A DNA stretch of 64,000 nucleotides from a bacterium (GTDB lineage Bacteria; Hinthialibacterota; Hinthialibacteria; OLB16). Of the stretch, positions 52,649 to 61,762 are shown one piece after another. The position numbers and the translations under genes were made by a program. How positions within the stretch are numbered: the stretch's first letter is position 1; every line of letters starts with the position of its first letter. The stretch spans positions 40,111 through 104,110 of the forward strand of contig JAJVIK010000008.1 of assembly GCA_022072055.1 (NCBI GenBank). Direction: 5' to 3'. Below the pieces are notes generated by a model, which was not told the DNA's origin, searched no databases, and was given only the letters and a program-made list of their open reading frames with translations.

Positions 52649-54958
52649 TCATTGGACCACCACCTTGCAGGGAGCGGCCCCCATCACGGAAACCTCGCCG
52701 TCTTCGTAAGCCACTTGCACATCCCCCAAGGGGGTCTCGATGATCGCGGTTTTCGGCGCGCCCTTGGTTTCCAGGAGGATGCGGTTGGGCGCGAGGCGGA
52801 GCGCGCCGTTGACCCAAACGGGGTTCCAGGCCATGGCGTCAAACCGGAGCGCCCCGCAGATCCAAGTGAACGCCTTGGCCCCGCTATGACGGGTGGGGAG
52901 CTCGAACTCCTCGTTCCACTTGGCCAGCAGACCCGACCACTCCTCGCGCTCCTCCGGGAAGCGCTCCATCAGCGCGGCCATCACCCGATACTGAAGCGCC
53001 ATGCGGTAAGGAATCCAATCCTTAAGGACTCCCCCCTTGTCGCGGGTGAGCTCCACCATGAAGCGGATGAAGCGCCACATCTCGTGCGCCTCCTCCTCCG
53101 GCAGTGTCTCCGCCGGGAAGCGCGCCATCTCCTCCAGGAAATCGACATGAATACCCGCGAGGACCATGGGGATATAATCGTACTGGTCGCGCCGCGCGAC
53201 TCCGTTCGAGCCGCATCCGGACTGATGACCGGGCCAATAAGCGTCGGTCTGGCTGTAAGTCGCGCGGGCCTCGGCGAGAATTTTGCGCACACGGTTCAAA
53301 TAAAACTTCTCGCCGGTGGTTTGGTGCATGGCGATCAGGTCGAACACGGGGAGCGTGTCGCGTCCCACGAAACGGTGAGGGCGATTGGTCCAGAAGAAGC
53401 GGTAGTAGGAATCCGCCGCGAATTGAGAGGTCTCCAGCAAATACGGATCCCCGGTCTCCCAATACCCCGCCAGCGCCCCCAGCCACACGCTGTACGGCTG
53501 CACGATCCACTGCCACCCGAAGTAGGGAATCTCACGGATCTTGAAGTCCACATGGTGGGTGGGGATATCCGCGCGCCAGTACGCGGGGGCCAGCGCTTCC
53601 CGGCAGTAGTCTGTGCGTGAGAGAGCGCTGCCCAGGGCGAGCATCGCCGCCGCGAGTGTCCCATCTCCATCGGCGGATCGACGGCCATGCTCAAAGGGTC
53701 CGGTGAGGGTCTGTTGCGCGAACCAGCTCGCCTCTCCCGCCACAAGCGCCTGGGGGACCGCCCACCACCTTACCGGGAGGAGGTTTCCCAGAGGCAGCGC
53801 CGCGGTTTGAGCATGCCACCACCCCGGCGCTTGAAGGCGCACCACCTCGGCGGACGCCGCGCCGACGGAAAAAGTGAACGGAACGCTCCGGGCCACCCCG
53901 CTGGGGAGGAGTTTGTCCCCCACGGTCACAACGTAAAACTGATCCGCTTGCCCCAAGTTATCCTTGGAGGCCAGCGCCGCGGTCGCACCGTCGTGACGGA
54001 GAATACGATGCTCAGGGATGCCGGTGGGATCGACCAGGTTCCCGCCGAAGATCTGTTGGTCCAACCACGGCTGCCAGACCACGATACCGTCCTCGGCCTT
54101 GAGTGATCCGGGGCGTTCGCCGTCCGCGTAATGGGTGGAAAGGCCGAGGTTCAGTTTGGCCCCGCCGAGATCAAAATGGGATTCCTTACCGGTGAGGGCC
54201 ACATCCATCTTCGGCGAATGGGGAACATCGAAGGCGATCACCGGAACGCCGCGCACATCCAGCCCCTCGCCCTCGCGCATGTGGGTTGCGAAATGGGCGC
54301 AGGCCTCAATCACGCCGTTCGCGTAAAGGACAAGGTAGAGGTCGGCCTGGAGGGTGGTTTCCTCGTTGTAGATCGGCCCCCCCGCGCGCAGGACATCAAA
54401 GACAGGCCCCCTTTGGAGGAACTCGGCGCGGACAAACTGCCACCAGTAGATTCGATTGTTGTGACGTAGGCCCAGGCGCACCCCCACCCGGCTCTTGAGC
54501 CGGTGGAGATTGAGCTGATACATCTCATACTCGGTCTTTTGGAGGGGAATGTCTCGGAGCCCCATGATCCAATTGCGCTCGCCGGTGTTGCCTTCGACCA
54601 TCCGGTATGTGAAATGCCAACCGGCGTCGCTGGGCCCGCCGGGATCCGGCGCGAGGTTTCCCTCAAGCGCCTCGCGGTTCATCCTTCCTGTCCAGCGCAC
54701 CAGGACTCGCCGTGGGGATTCCTCATCGCCCCAGTAGGCCACGGTTTGGGCCTGAACCCGTTTACCCGCGAACGAAACCTCCCCGCGCTCCAGCGCGTCG
54801 GAATACTCCCGGGGCCAGTCCCGCGGCAGCGGAACGGAGGCGGCGCCCGCCTCGGCCGAGAGGTCGCCGGACTGGTGGAAGAGAGGCGGAAGAATCGGCT
54901 CGGCCTGGAGTTGAAGCGGGAAAAGAGCGATGAGGATCAGCCGGATGGGGCGAAACAT
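52649..54958 (-). CDS. Secreted hypothetical protein (769 aa), Trp-rich, possible polysaccharide-active alpha/alpha-toroid-like enzyme
   Basis: Start at Met with AAGGAG RBS gives signal peptide MFRPIRLILIALFPLQLQA. No confident family. Confidence 0.45.
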   Translation of the reverse strand: MFRPIRLILIALFPLQLQAEPILPPLFHQSGDLSAEAGAASVPLPRDWPREYSDALERGEVSFAGKRVQAQTVAYWGDEESPRRVLVRWTGRMNREALEGNLAPDPGGPSDAGWHFTYRMVEGNTGERNWIMGLRDIPLQKTEYEMYQLNLHRLKSRVGVRLGLRHNNRIYWWQFVRAEFLQRGPVFDVLRAGGPIYNEETTLQADLYLVLYANGVIEACAHFATHMREGEGLDVRGVPVIAFDVPHSPKMDVALTGKESHFDLGGAKLNLGLSTHYADGERPGSLKAEDGIVVWQPWLDQQIFGGNLVDPTGIPEHRILRHDGATAALASKDNLGQADQFYVVTVGDKLLPSGVARSVPFTFSVGAASAEVVRLQAPGWWHAQTAALPLGNLLPVRWWAVPQALVAGEASWFAQQTLTGPFEHGRRSADGDGTLAAAMLALGSALSRTDYCREALAPAYWRADIPTHHVDFKIREIPYFGWQWIVQPYSVWLGALAGYWETGDPYLLETSQFAADSYYRFFWTNRPHRFVGRDTLPVFDLIAMHQTTGEKFYLNRVRKILAEARATYSQTDAYWPGHQSGCGSNGVARRDQYDYIPMVLAGIHVDFLEEMARFPAETLPEEEAHEMWRFIRFMVELTRDKGGVLKDWIPYRMALQYRVMAALMERFPEEREEWSGLLAKWNEEFELPTRHSGAKAFTWICGALRFDAMAWNPVWVNGALRLAPNRILLETKGAPKTAIIETPLGDVQVAYEDGEVSVMGAAPCKVVVQ

Positions 54959-55068
54959 GACAGGCTCCTTTTTCTTATTCTGGAGAAGCCGACATCGGAC
55001 AGGCATCCCGCCTGCCCGGATCGTGCTGGGATTCCACGCGAGAGCGCACGATCCGCGCGGTCACGAGC

Positions 55069-56115
55069 TCAGATCGTCACGACGGCCTCACTCCCCTCCC
55101 CCCGTGCGCGCACCTCGCCGATCACCCATGCCTCGACCCCTGAATCGGCGACGGCTCGGCGGACCTCCTCGGCCTGATCGAAGGAAACCACCGCGATCAT
55201 CCCCACCCCCATGTTGAGGGCCCGATAGAGCTCCGCCCGGGGGGCGCGGCTCTTTTCCCCGATCAGCTCAAACAAGGGAGGGACATTCCAGGATCGGGTC
55301 TCCACGCGGGCCGAGAGACGCGCGGGGATCACGCGGGAGAGGTTGCCGGGGATGCCGCCTCCGGTGATGTGCGCGAGGGCGTGGATCTTGCCTTGCTCAA
55401 GGAGGGGCCAGAGCATCTTGAAATAGCTCCGATGTGGAGCGAGCAATGCAGCTCCCAATGACTCGCCAAGCGTTGGAGGAGACTCCCGGAGCAGCTCCGG
55501 CCTGTCTCCGTAAAGCGCCTTCCGCGCCAAGGTGTATCCGTTGGTGTGCAAACCGTTCGAGGCAAGCCCGATCAGTGCATCTCCCTCCACCACGCGTGAA
55601 CCATTCAGGATCTTGTTCCGGTCCACCACGCCGATGATGGTTCCCACCAGGTCGATGTCGCCGGGACCATACACATCGGGCATCTCGGCGGTTTCGCCGC
55701 CAATCAAGGCGCAGCCATGCTCGACACAGGCCTCGGAGACCCCCCTGACAACCTCCGCGACCTGCTCGGGAATCACCTTGTTCGCGCCGATGTAATCGAG
55801 GAAGAAGAGCGGGCGCGCGCCTTGGACCAGGATGTCGTTGGCGCAATGGTTGACAATGTCGTGTCCCACGCTCCCGTACCGGCCGAGCGCCGACGCGACT
55901 TTCATTTTGGTTCCGACCCCATCGATGCTGGAGACCAGGACCGGGTCGGCTTCCGGACAACCCGCAAGGTGGAAGAGCCCCCCAAAGCCGCCGACCTCGG
56001 ACAGAACCTGAGGGGTTCGAGTCTTGGAGACCCAGGCTTTAAGGCGGCGCGTGGCCTCCTCGCCGGCCTCAATATCCACTCCCGCATCCTTGTAGGTGAG
56101 CGGGGCTTCCATCAT
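55069..56115 (-). CDS. purM: Phosphoribosylformylglycinamidine cyclo-ligase (AIR synthetase)
   Basis: MMEAPLTYKDAGVDIEAGEEATRRLK...GGFGGLF is a canonical PurM N-terminus. Start overlaps the purF stop (ATGA). Confidence 0.85.
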   Translation of the reverse strand: MMEAPLTYKDAGVDIEAGEEATRRLKAWVSKTRTPQVLSEVGGFGGLFHLAGCPEADPVLVSSIDGVGTKMKVASALGRYGSVGHDIVNHCANDILVQGARPLFFLDYIGANKVIPEQVAEVVRGVSEACVEHGCALIGGETAEMPDVYGPGDIDLVGTIIGVVDRNKILNGSRVVEGDALIGLASNGLHTNGYTLARKALYGDRPELLRESPPTLGESLGAALLAPHRSYFKMLWPLLEQGKIHALAHITGGGIPGNLSRVIPARLSARVETRSWNVPPLFELIGEKSRAPRAELYRALNMGVGMIAVVSFDQAEEVRRAVADSGVEAWVIGEVRARGEGSEAVVTI

Positions 56116-57521
56116 ACGGTGACCAGCGGGCGGCGCTCGAAGGCGAACTTGGTTTCGTCGAGCTGGGAGAAATCTATCGCATAGCGCCCGCTGAAACAGG
56201 CGGTGCAGTAGGTGTCCATCGTTCCGCGGCAGGCTTCGAGCAGGCCCTCGACCGACAAATAGTGAAGCGAATCGACGCGGATGTGGCGGCGGATTTCCTC
56301 GGGCGAGTGGGTGCTGGCGATCAGTTCGGAGGTGGTGGGCATGTCGATGCCGTAAAAGCAGGCATGACGGATCGGCGGAGAGGCGATCCGGAGGTGGACC
56401 TCCGCGGCCCCGGCCTTGCGAATCATTTTGACAATCTTGCGGACCGTGGTTCCGCGCACGATGCTGTCATCCACCACGACCACTCGCTGGCCGCGCAGGG
56501 TGCTCCGGAGCGGGCTGTATTTGATCTTGGCCCCGAAGTCGCGAATGCTCTGCTCCGGCTCGATGAAAGTGCGTCCCACATAGTGGTTCCGCATCAGACC
56601 GATTTCAAACGGGATCCCCGATTCCTGCGAGAACCCAAGCGCCACCAAGTTGGAGGAGTCCGGAACGGCAAACACCAGGTCGGCGTCGACATGCGACTCA
56701 ATCGCGAGTTGTCTCCCGAGACGCTTGCGGACCTCGTTGACATCCCGCTCAAAAACAATGCTGTCGGGACGGGCGAAGTAAACCAACTCGAAGATGCACG
56801 GTTGCGCCTCCACCGGTTCGAAGGGGAAAAAGGACTCCAGGCCCGAATCGGTGATGCGCAACACCTCGCCGGGGCGCAGGTCACGGACATACTCCCCATC
56901 CACGATATCGAAGGCGCAGGACTCGGAGGCCACCATCCAGGCCGCGCCCAGCTTCCCCAGACACAAGGGGCGAAACCCATGCGGGTCACGGACCGCGAGG
57001 ACCTCGTGCTGGTTCATGAACAGCGCGCTGTAAGCGCCTTGACAGTGTCTGAGCGCGTTGGCCACTCGGTCCAGCAGGCTCTCCTCATGCTGCCGCGCGA
57101 CCAGATGGACAATCACCTCGCCATCCGAGCTCCCCTGGAAGATGCTCCCCGCCTCTTCCAGGCCATGTCTCAGCTCCTGGGCGTTGACAATGTTGCCGTT
57201 GAAGCAGAACGCGATCTGGCCGCGAGCGTAATTGCGGACAATCGGCTGGGCGTTGCAAATCTGACTGGAGCCGGTGGTCGAATAGCGGACATGGCCGATG
57301 GCCCTTCCGCCCACCAGGCGCGAGATGTTGTCCTCGTTGAAAACCTCGTGGACCAGGCCCATGTCCACATGGGAGTAAATGACCCCCTCGTCGGAGATGG
57401 TGGAGATTCCGGCGCTCTCCTGCCCGCGGTGTTGCTGGCTGTATAGCCCGAGATATACAAGCCGCGCGGCTTCCGGGTGATCCCAAATGCCGAAAACTCC
57501 GCACTCTTCCTTGAGCGGCAT
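56112..57521 (-). CDS. purF: Amidophosphoribosyltransferase
   Basis: MPLKEECGVFGI N-terminal nucleophile region, glutamine amidotransferase class II and PRTase motifs (VVVVDDSIVRGTT). 469 aa. Confidence 0.85.
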   Translation of the reverse strand: MPLKEECGVFGIWDHPEAARLVYLGLYSQQHRGQESAGISTISDEGVIYSHVDMGLVHEVFNEDNISRLVGGRAIGHVRYSTTGSSQICNAQPIVRNYARGQIAFCFNGNIVNAQELRHGLEEAGSIFQGSSDGEVIVHLVARQHEESLLDRVANALRHCQGAYSALFMNQHEVLAVRDPHGFRPLCLGKLGAAWMVASESCAFDIVDGEYVRDLRPGEVLRITDSGLESFFPFEPVEAQPCIFELVYFARPDSIVFERDVNEVRKRLGRQLAIESHVDADLVFAVPDSSNLVALGFSQESGIPFEIGLMRNHYVGRTFIEPEQSIRDFGAKIKYSPLRSTLRGQRVVVVDDSIVRGTTVRKIVKMIRKAGAAEVHLRIASPPIRHACFYGIDMPTTSELIASTHSPEEIRRHIRVDSLHYLSVEGLLEACRGTMDTYCTACFSGRYAIDFSQLDETKFAFERRPLVTV

Positions 57522-57551
57522 GGCTGACTTTCTCCCCTCGTGACCGAGCTC

Positions 57552-58460
57552 TTAGGTTAACTCGGAACCGGTGATTCTACGATAGGCTTCAAGATACCGC
57601 TCGCGGGTGTTCGAGACCACCTCTTCCGGCAATTCGGGCGCGGGGGGGGTCCGGTTCCACTGAATTGAGTCCAGCCAATCCCGGAGATATTGCTTGTCCA
57701 GATTGACCACCGACTGGCCAGGCTTGTAGTCCTCCACCAGGCAGTAACGCGAACTGTCGGGAGTGAGAAGTTCGTCAATCAGCACAATCTCGCTGTTCAG
57801 TCGGCCAAATTCAAACTTGGTGTCAAAGAGGATCACCCCGCGCTCGCGCGCGATTCGGGCCGCCTCGCGGTAAACTTCCAGAGTGAAGTCCCGGATCTTG
57901 GCCGCGGCGGTCTCGCCGATCATCTCGACTGTTTGCTCGTAGGTGATGTTCTCATCGTGACCCACCTCGGCCTTGGTGGCGGGTGTGTAGATCGGGCCGG
58001 CTGGGATTTCCTGGCTTTCAACAAGCCCTTCCGGCAGGGGGACTCCGCAGACAGTTCGGGACTTGACGTACTCCTTCCATCCCGACCCCGCGAGATGGCC
58101 GCGCGCCACGCACTCCACCGGGAGGGGCTGGGTTTTGCGGACCACCATCGAGCGTGGGAGGAGTTCGGCCTTGCGGTGGGCGATGGCCGCCGGCCATTCG
58201 GCCGCCTCGTCCGCCACCAGGTGATTGGGCACCCGTAACCGGAAATGCTCGAACCACCAGCGCGACATGGCGGTCAGGATCCGCCCTTTGTCCGGCACCG
58301 GGGTGGGCATGATCACATCAAACGCCGAGATGCGGTCGGTGGCGACAAACAGGAGCTTGTCGCCCAGGTCATAGACATCCCGCACCTTCCCGCGCTTGAG
58401 GAGCGGGATTTCCGGGATGTTCGACTCAAGAATACCGGTTGAACGTGCGGCCTCTGTCAT
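57552..58460 (-). CDS. purC: Phosphoribosylaminoimidazole-succinocarboxamide synthase (SAICAR synthetase)
   Basis: LLKRGKVRDVYDLGDKLLFVATDRISAFDVIM is canonical PurC. Start at internal Met 5 nt after the purB stop. Confidence 0.8.
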   Translation of the reverse strand: MTEAARSTGILESNIPEIPLLKRGKVRDVYDLGDKLLFVATDRISAFDVIMPTPVPDKGRILTAMSRWWFEHFRLRVPNHLVADEAAEWPAAIAHRKAELLPRSMVVRKTQPLPVECVARGHLAGSGWKEYVKSRTVCGVPLPEGLVESQEIPAGPIYTPATKAEVGHDENITYEQTVEMIGETAAAKIRDFTLEVYREAARIARERGVILFDTKFEFGRLNSEIVLIDELLTPDSSRYCLVEDYKPGQSVVNLDKQYLRDWLDSIQWNRTPPAPELPEEVVSNTRERYLEAYRRITGSELT

Positions 58461-58465
58461 TTCAC

Positions 58466-59764
58466 TTACTCCTCCAGTCCCGCCCGTTGGAACAGGTGGG
58501 TCACGCTCTTGAAATAAAAATCCTGGCTGAAGCACTCCTTGAGTTTCGCCGGGGGCACACAGCGCTTCACCTCCGGATTCTTGCGGATCAGCTCGCGGAA
58601 ATCGACCTTTTCTCTCCAGGCCCGCATCGCGGATTCCTGGACAATCTTGTACGCCTTCTCGCGAACGAGGCCGCTGTCGGTGAGCGCGAGCAGCACGCGC
58701 TGGGAGTAGATCAGCCCCAGCGTCTTGTCGATGTTGGCCTGCATGTTCCCCGGATACACCAGGAGTTTCTCGACGAGCTGCGTGGTCTTGGCCAGCATGT
58801 AATCGAGCAAGATGCAGGAGTCGGGCAGGATGACCCGTTCAACCGAGGAATGAGTGATGTCCCGCTCGTGCCAGAGCGCCACGTTCTCCAGCGCGGCGAG
58901 CGAGTTGGCGCGCACCACGCGAGCCAGCCCGGTCATCTGCTCGGCGGTGACCGGATTGCGCTTATGGGGCATCGCCGAGGAGCCCTTCTGATGGACATCG
59001 AAAAACTCCTCCGCCTCCAGAATCTCGGTCCGCTGGAGGTTGCGAATCTCGGTGGTGATCTTTTCGATCGTGGCGGCGACCGTGGCAAGGGTTGTCAGGA
59101 GGAAAGCGTGACGGTCCCGCTGGATGACCTGCGTGCTGACCGGGTCAACGCCAAGCCCGAGGAGCGCCAAGGCCTCCTCCTCGATCGAAGGCGGAAGGTG
59201 CGAGCAGGTCCCAACCGCCCCACTGATCTGGCCGACCGATATGTGCCTTCGGGCAAGTTCGAGCCGCTCCAGGGCGCGCCCCATCTCGCAATACCACACC
59301 GCGAGCTTGAGCCCGAAGGTGGTCGGCTCCGCGTGCACGCCATGCGACCGCCCGATGCAGGGGGTAAACTTGTGCAAGCGGGCCTGATGGCCGATTGCCG
59401 CTCGAAGCCGCTCGGCGCCGGCGATGAGCAAGTCCGACGCTTCTTTGAGCGCAAGGGCCAGCGCGGTGTCGAGCACATCGCTGGAGGTCATCCCGACATG
59501 GATATGGCGCGATGCGGGTCCCACCTTTTCCGCCACCGAGGTGAGAAACGCAATCACATCGTGCTTGACTTCCGCCTCGATCTCGGCGATTCGCCTGGAG
59601 GAAAAAGAGGCCTTCTTGCGGATCTGATCCCAATCTTGCGGCGGGATCTCCCCTCGTCGGAACCTGGCCTCACAAACCGCGAGCTCCACGCGAAGCCAGG
59701 TCTTGAACTTGTGCTCGTCCGTCCAGAGCTTCGCCATCTCCGGACGGCTGTACCTTGGAATCAT
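58466..59764 (-). CDS. purB: Adenylosuccinate lyase
   Basis: MIPRYSRPEMAKLWTDEHKFKTWLRVELAV...GMTSSDVLDTA is canonical PurB. 432 aa. Confidence 0.85.
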   Translation of the reverse strand: MIPRYSRPEMAKLWTDEHKFKTWLRVELAVCEARFRRGEIPPQDWDQIRKKASFSSRRIAEIEAEVKHDVIAFLTSVAEKVGPASRHIHVGMTSSDVLDTALALALKEASDLLIAGAERLRAAIGHQARLHKFTPCIGRSHGVHAEPTTFGLKLAVWYCEMGRALERLELARRHISVGQISGAVGTCSHLPPSIEEEALALLGLGVDPVSTQVIQRDRHAFLLTTLATVAATIEKITTEIRNLQRTEILEAEEFFDVHQKGSSAMPHKRNPVTAEQMTGLARVVRANSLAALENVALWHERDITHSSVERVILPDSCILLDYMLAKTTQLVEKLLVYPGNMQANIDKTLGLIYSQRVLLALTDSGLVREKAYKIVQESAMRAWREKVDFRELIRKNPEVKRCVPPAKLKECFSQDFYFKSVTHLFQRAGLEE

Positions 59765-59902
59765 CCCCTAGCCCACCTGCAGTCAATATCAGGACCCGCT
59801 TCACGTCACGCGTTCCCCTCAGAACACGAAGCGGGAGGCTGTACTTTAGAGTCGGTCCCCCGATTGTCAACCGGAAGTGAGAACGCCCGGAATCGAATCC
59901 GG

Positions 59903-60922
59903 ATGACCTTCTTGGAAGCCCGGTTCCTGTCGGGTACAGTTCCTCGCGCAATGCCCTCCGAGTCTCCCCGCGAACTTCTTCAAACCGCGCTGGCGCTGGC
60001 CCGGGAGGGGGACTATCCCGCCGCGCGGGAGCGCCTGCTCGTTCTTTCGCGCGAGATTCCCGATTTCCCCGATGTGCATTTCTACCTGGGATTGGTGTTG
60101 GACCAGTCCGGCGATTCTGTTTCGGCGCGGGCCGCGTTCGAGCAATGCCTGGCGCTCGACCCCTTCCACGATGAAGCGCGCCGTCACCTCCGGGAATTGC
60201 CCGCGCCCGACGCCGCTACGGGAACATTTGCGCCGCCCCTCGCGGCTTCCCTCGGGCGGGCCACGGTCTCACCCCCTCCCCCTCCCCCTCCCCAGGATGC
60301 CGGGTCCGTCGGGATGGAACCGCCTTTTGAGCGCTACCGGGTCCGCCCGGCGGGTTTCTGGATCCGAACAGTCGCCGTGTTGGTGGACCTGATCCTACTC
60401 TCTTTCGCGGTGGGACCCTTTGTGATGGTGGCGATGGCCCCCTTCGAGTCTTCCCTCGTCGAGATCGCGCCCATGGATCCCGAGGAGCTGATGGAGCTGG
60501 TCCTGCAGGGCGACGAAGAGATCCTTTGGGCGCTCTTGCTGGCCTTCCTGGTGGAGACCACGGTGGTTTTTCTTCTCCACTCCTTGGCCTTTTCCTTCTA
60601 CCATTATGTCAGCGGCCAAACTCCCGGAAAGCGGATCGTGGGGGTGCGCGTGGTCGATCAGGGAACGCTTGGGTACCTTTCACTGGGCCAGTCCGTGGGC
60701 CGTTACGCCGGATCCCAGATCAGCGGCTGCCTGTGCGGGGTGGGCTATCTGATGGCCGCCTTCAACCCGGAGAAGAAGGCGCTGCACGACTACATCGCGG
60801 GGACTCGGGTGGTCTATTCGGAGCCCGTGCCGATGTCCGCGCTTGAGATGGGAGCGACCGCGCTCCTAGCGCTCATCGCCCTGGGTTATGCCCTGCTGAG
60901 GCTCCTGGATTTGCTGCTCTAA
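59903..60922 (+). CDS. RDD-family membrane protein with N-terminal TPR-like region and poly-Pro linker
   Basis: C-terminal RDD domain features (FWIRTVAVLVDLILL...GQTPGKRIVGVRVV...HDYIAGTRVV). PPPPPPP linker. N-terminal helical TPR-like segment. The ORF-track N-terminal 480 aa is antisense to purB. Start could alternatively be 59951. Confidence 0.55.
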   Translation: MTFLEARFLSGTVPRAMPSESPRELLQTALALAREGDYPAARERLLVLSREIPDFPDVHFYLGLVLDQSGDSVSARAAFEQCLALDPFHDEARRHLRELPAPDAATGTFAPPLAASLGRATVSPPPPPPPQDAGSVGMEPPFERYRVRPAGFWIRTVAVLVDLILLSFAVGPFVMVAMAPFESSLVEIAPMDPEELMELVLQGDEEILWALLLAFLVETTVVFLLHSLAFSFYHYVSGQTPGKRIVGVRVVDQGTLGYLSLGQSVGRYAGSQISGCLCGVGYLMAAFNPEKKALHDYIAGTRVVYSEPVPMSALEMGATALLALIALGYALLRLLDLLL

Positions 60923-60952
60923 CGCGGGTTTCCGTTGGCTGTAGCACCTGGA

Positions 60953-60992
60953 GGGACACGCGCTGTCGTGTCCCGGCGCGAGGGACCGCGCC
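60953..60992. terminator. Two adjacent perfect GC hairpins between convergent genes (possible bidirectional terminator without U-tract)
   Basis: gggacacg-cgctgt-cgtgtccc (8 bp stem) immediately followed by ggcgcg-agggac-cgcgcc (6 bp stem), in the 122 nt gap between the RDD gene and the minus-strand Zn-ribbon/HTH gene. Confidence 0.35.
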
Positions 60993-61044
60993 TCTCCAAG
61001 AACAAACGCCGCATCCAAACGAGAAGGGATCTAACGGAGTCTTC

Positions 61045-61515
61045 TTACACCTCGCCCGTTTGGTCATCCATCAGCGAGAAGTAGCGGCGCACCGTGCCCC
61101 GGTTCAGCCCCAGGCGCTTCGCGGTTTGACGGATCGATTCACCGCGGCGGAAGCTCTCCTGAAGAGTCTCGACCACCTCTTCCGGCAGGCGACTCTTGAA
61201 AAACACCCCGCATCGCCGTGATGAAAAGGTCCGCGAACAGGTCTTGCATCGCAGAATGTCTCCCCGGCTTCCACCATAGTGCTGATGCACCACCACCTTG
61301 CACCCTCCGGCATGCGCGAATTCGGCGCAATCCGGGAACGGAGAGATGCCCTCCTCCAAGGGGGGGAATGGGCAAGCCTTCTTCTTGGGGAGCATCAGCG
61401 GGGGCGGCTCCACCATCTTCAGCGGATTTGTCCGGACCCGTGGGGGCCGATAGTCAAACGCGGATTCCCCGTCCGGGTCGGGCAAGACGAAAGCGAATTG
61501 AGAGGAAGGGGGCAT
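61045..61515 (-). CDS. Small Zn-ribbon plus HTH protein, InsA-like (possible IS transposase N-terminal remnant or standalone regulator)
   Basis: Cys cluster CPFPP..DCAEF...GGCKVV...RCKTCSRTF followed by HTH-like ESIRQTAKRLGLNRGTVRRYF. Pro-rich N-terminus. No transposase catalytic ORF or inverted repeats found nearby. Confidence 0.3.
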   Translation of the reverse strand: MPPSSQFAFVLPDPDGESAFDYRPPRVRTNPLKMVEPPPLMLPKKKACPFPPLEEGISPFPDCAEFAHAGGCKVVVHQHYGGSRGDILRCKTCSRTFSSRRCGVFFKSRLPEEVVETLQESFRRGESIRQTAKRLGLNRGTVRRYFSLMDDQTGEV

Positions 61516-61762
61516 GGCTCGCCGGTTCCTTTCTTCAGAGCGTAACCCCCCGCTCGGAGGGGAGGTCCACGCCGCTGAACCCTGGTTTCCCCATCCAGGA
61601 GAATCAGGTTTTTTGCCAACATGTCCGCCGCGCTCGACCTAATTCGTAACCGGAACGATTCAAGGAGGTTATGGAACGCGAGGAGAGGAAATATGCTTCT
61701 AGAAGGGGGGTTTTAAGGCGGTGACCTTTGAGCTTCTTGGAACGATCGAGGTCGGTGCTTGT

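Noticed and set aside
58439-59902. N-terminal 480 aa of the 827 aa plus-strand ORF
   Set aside because: This portion is antisense to purB, which has canonical adenylosuccinate lyase sequence. Only the C-terminal RDD/TPR part downstream of 59903 is considered real.
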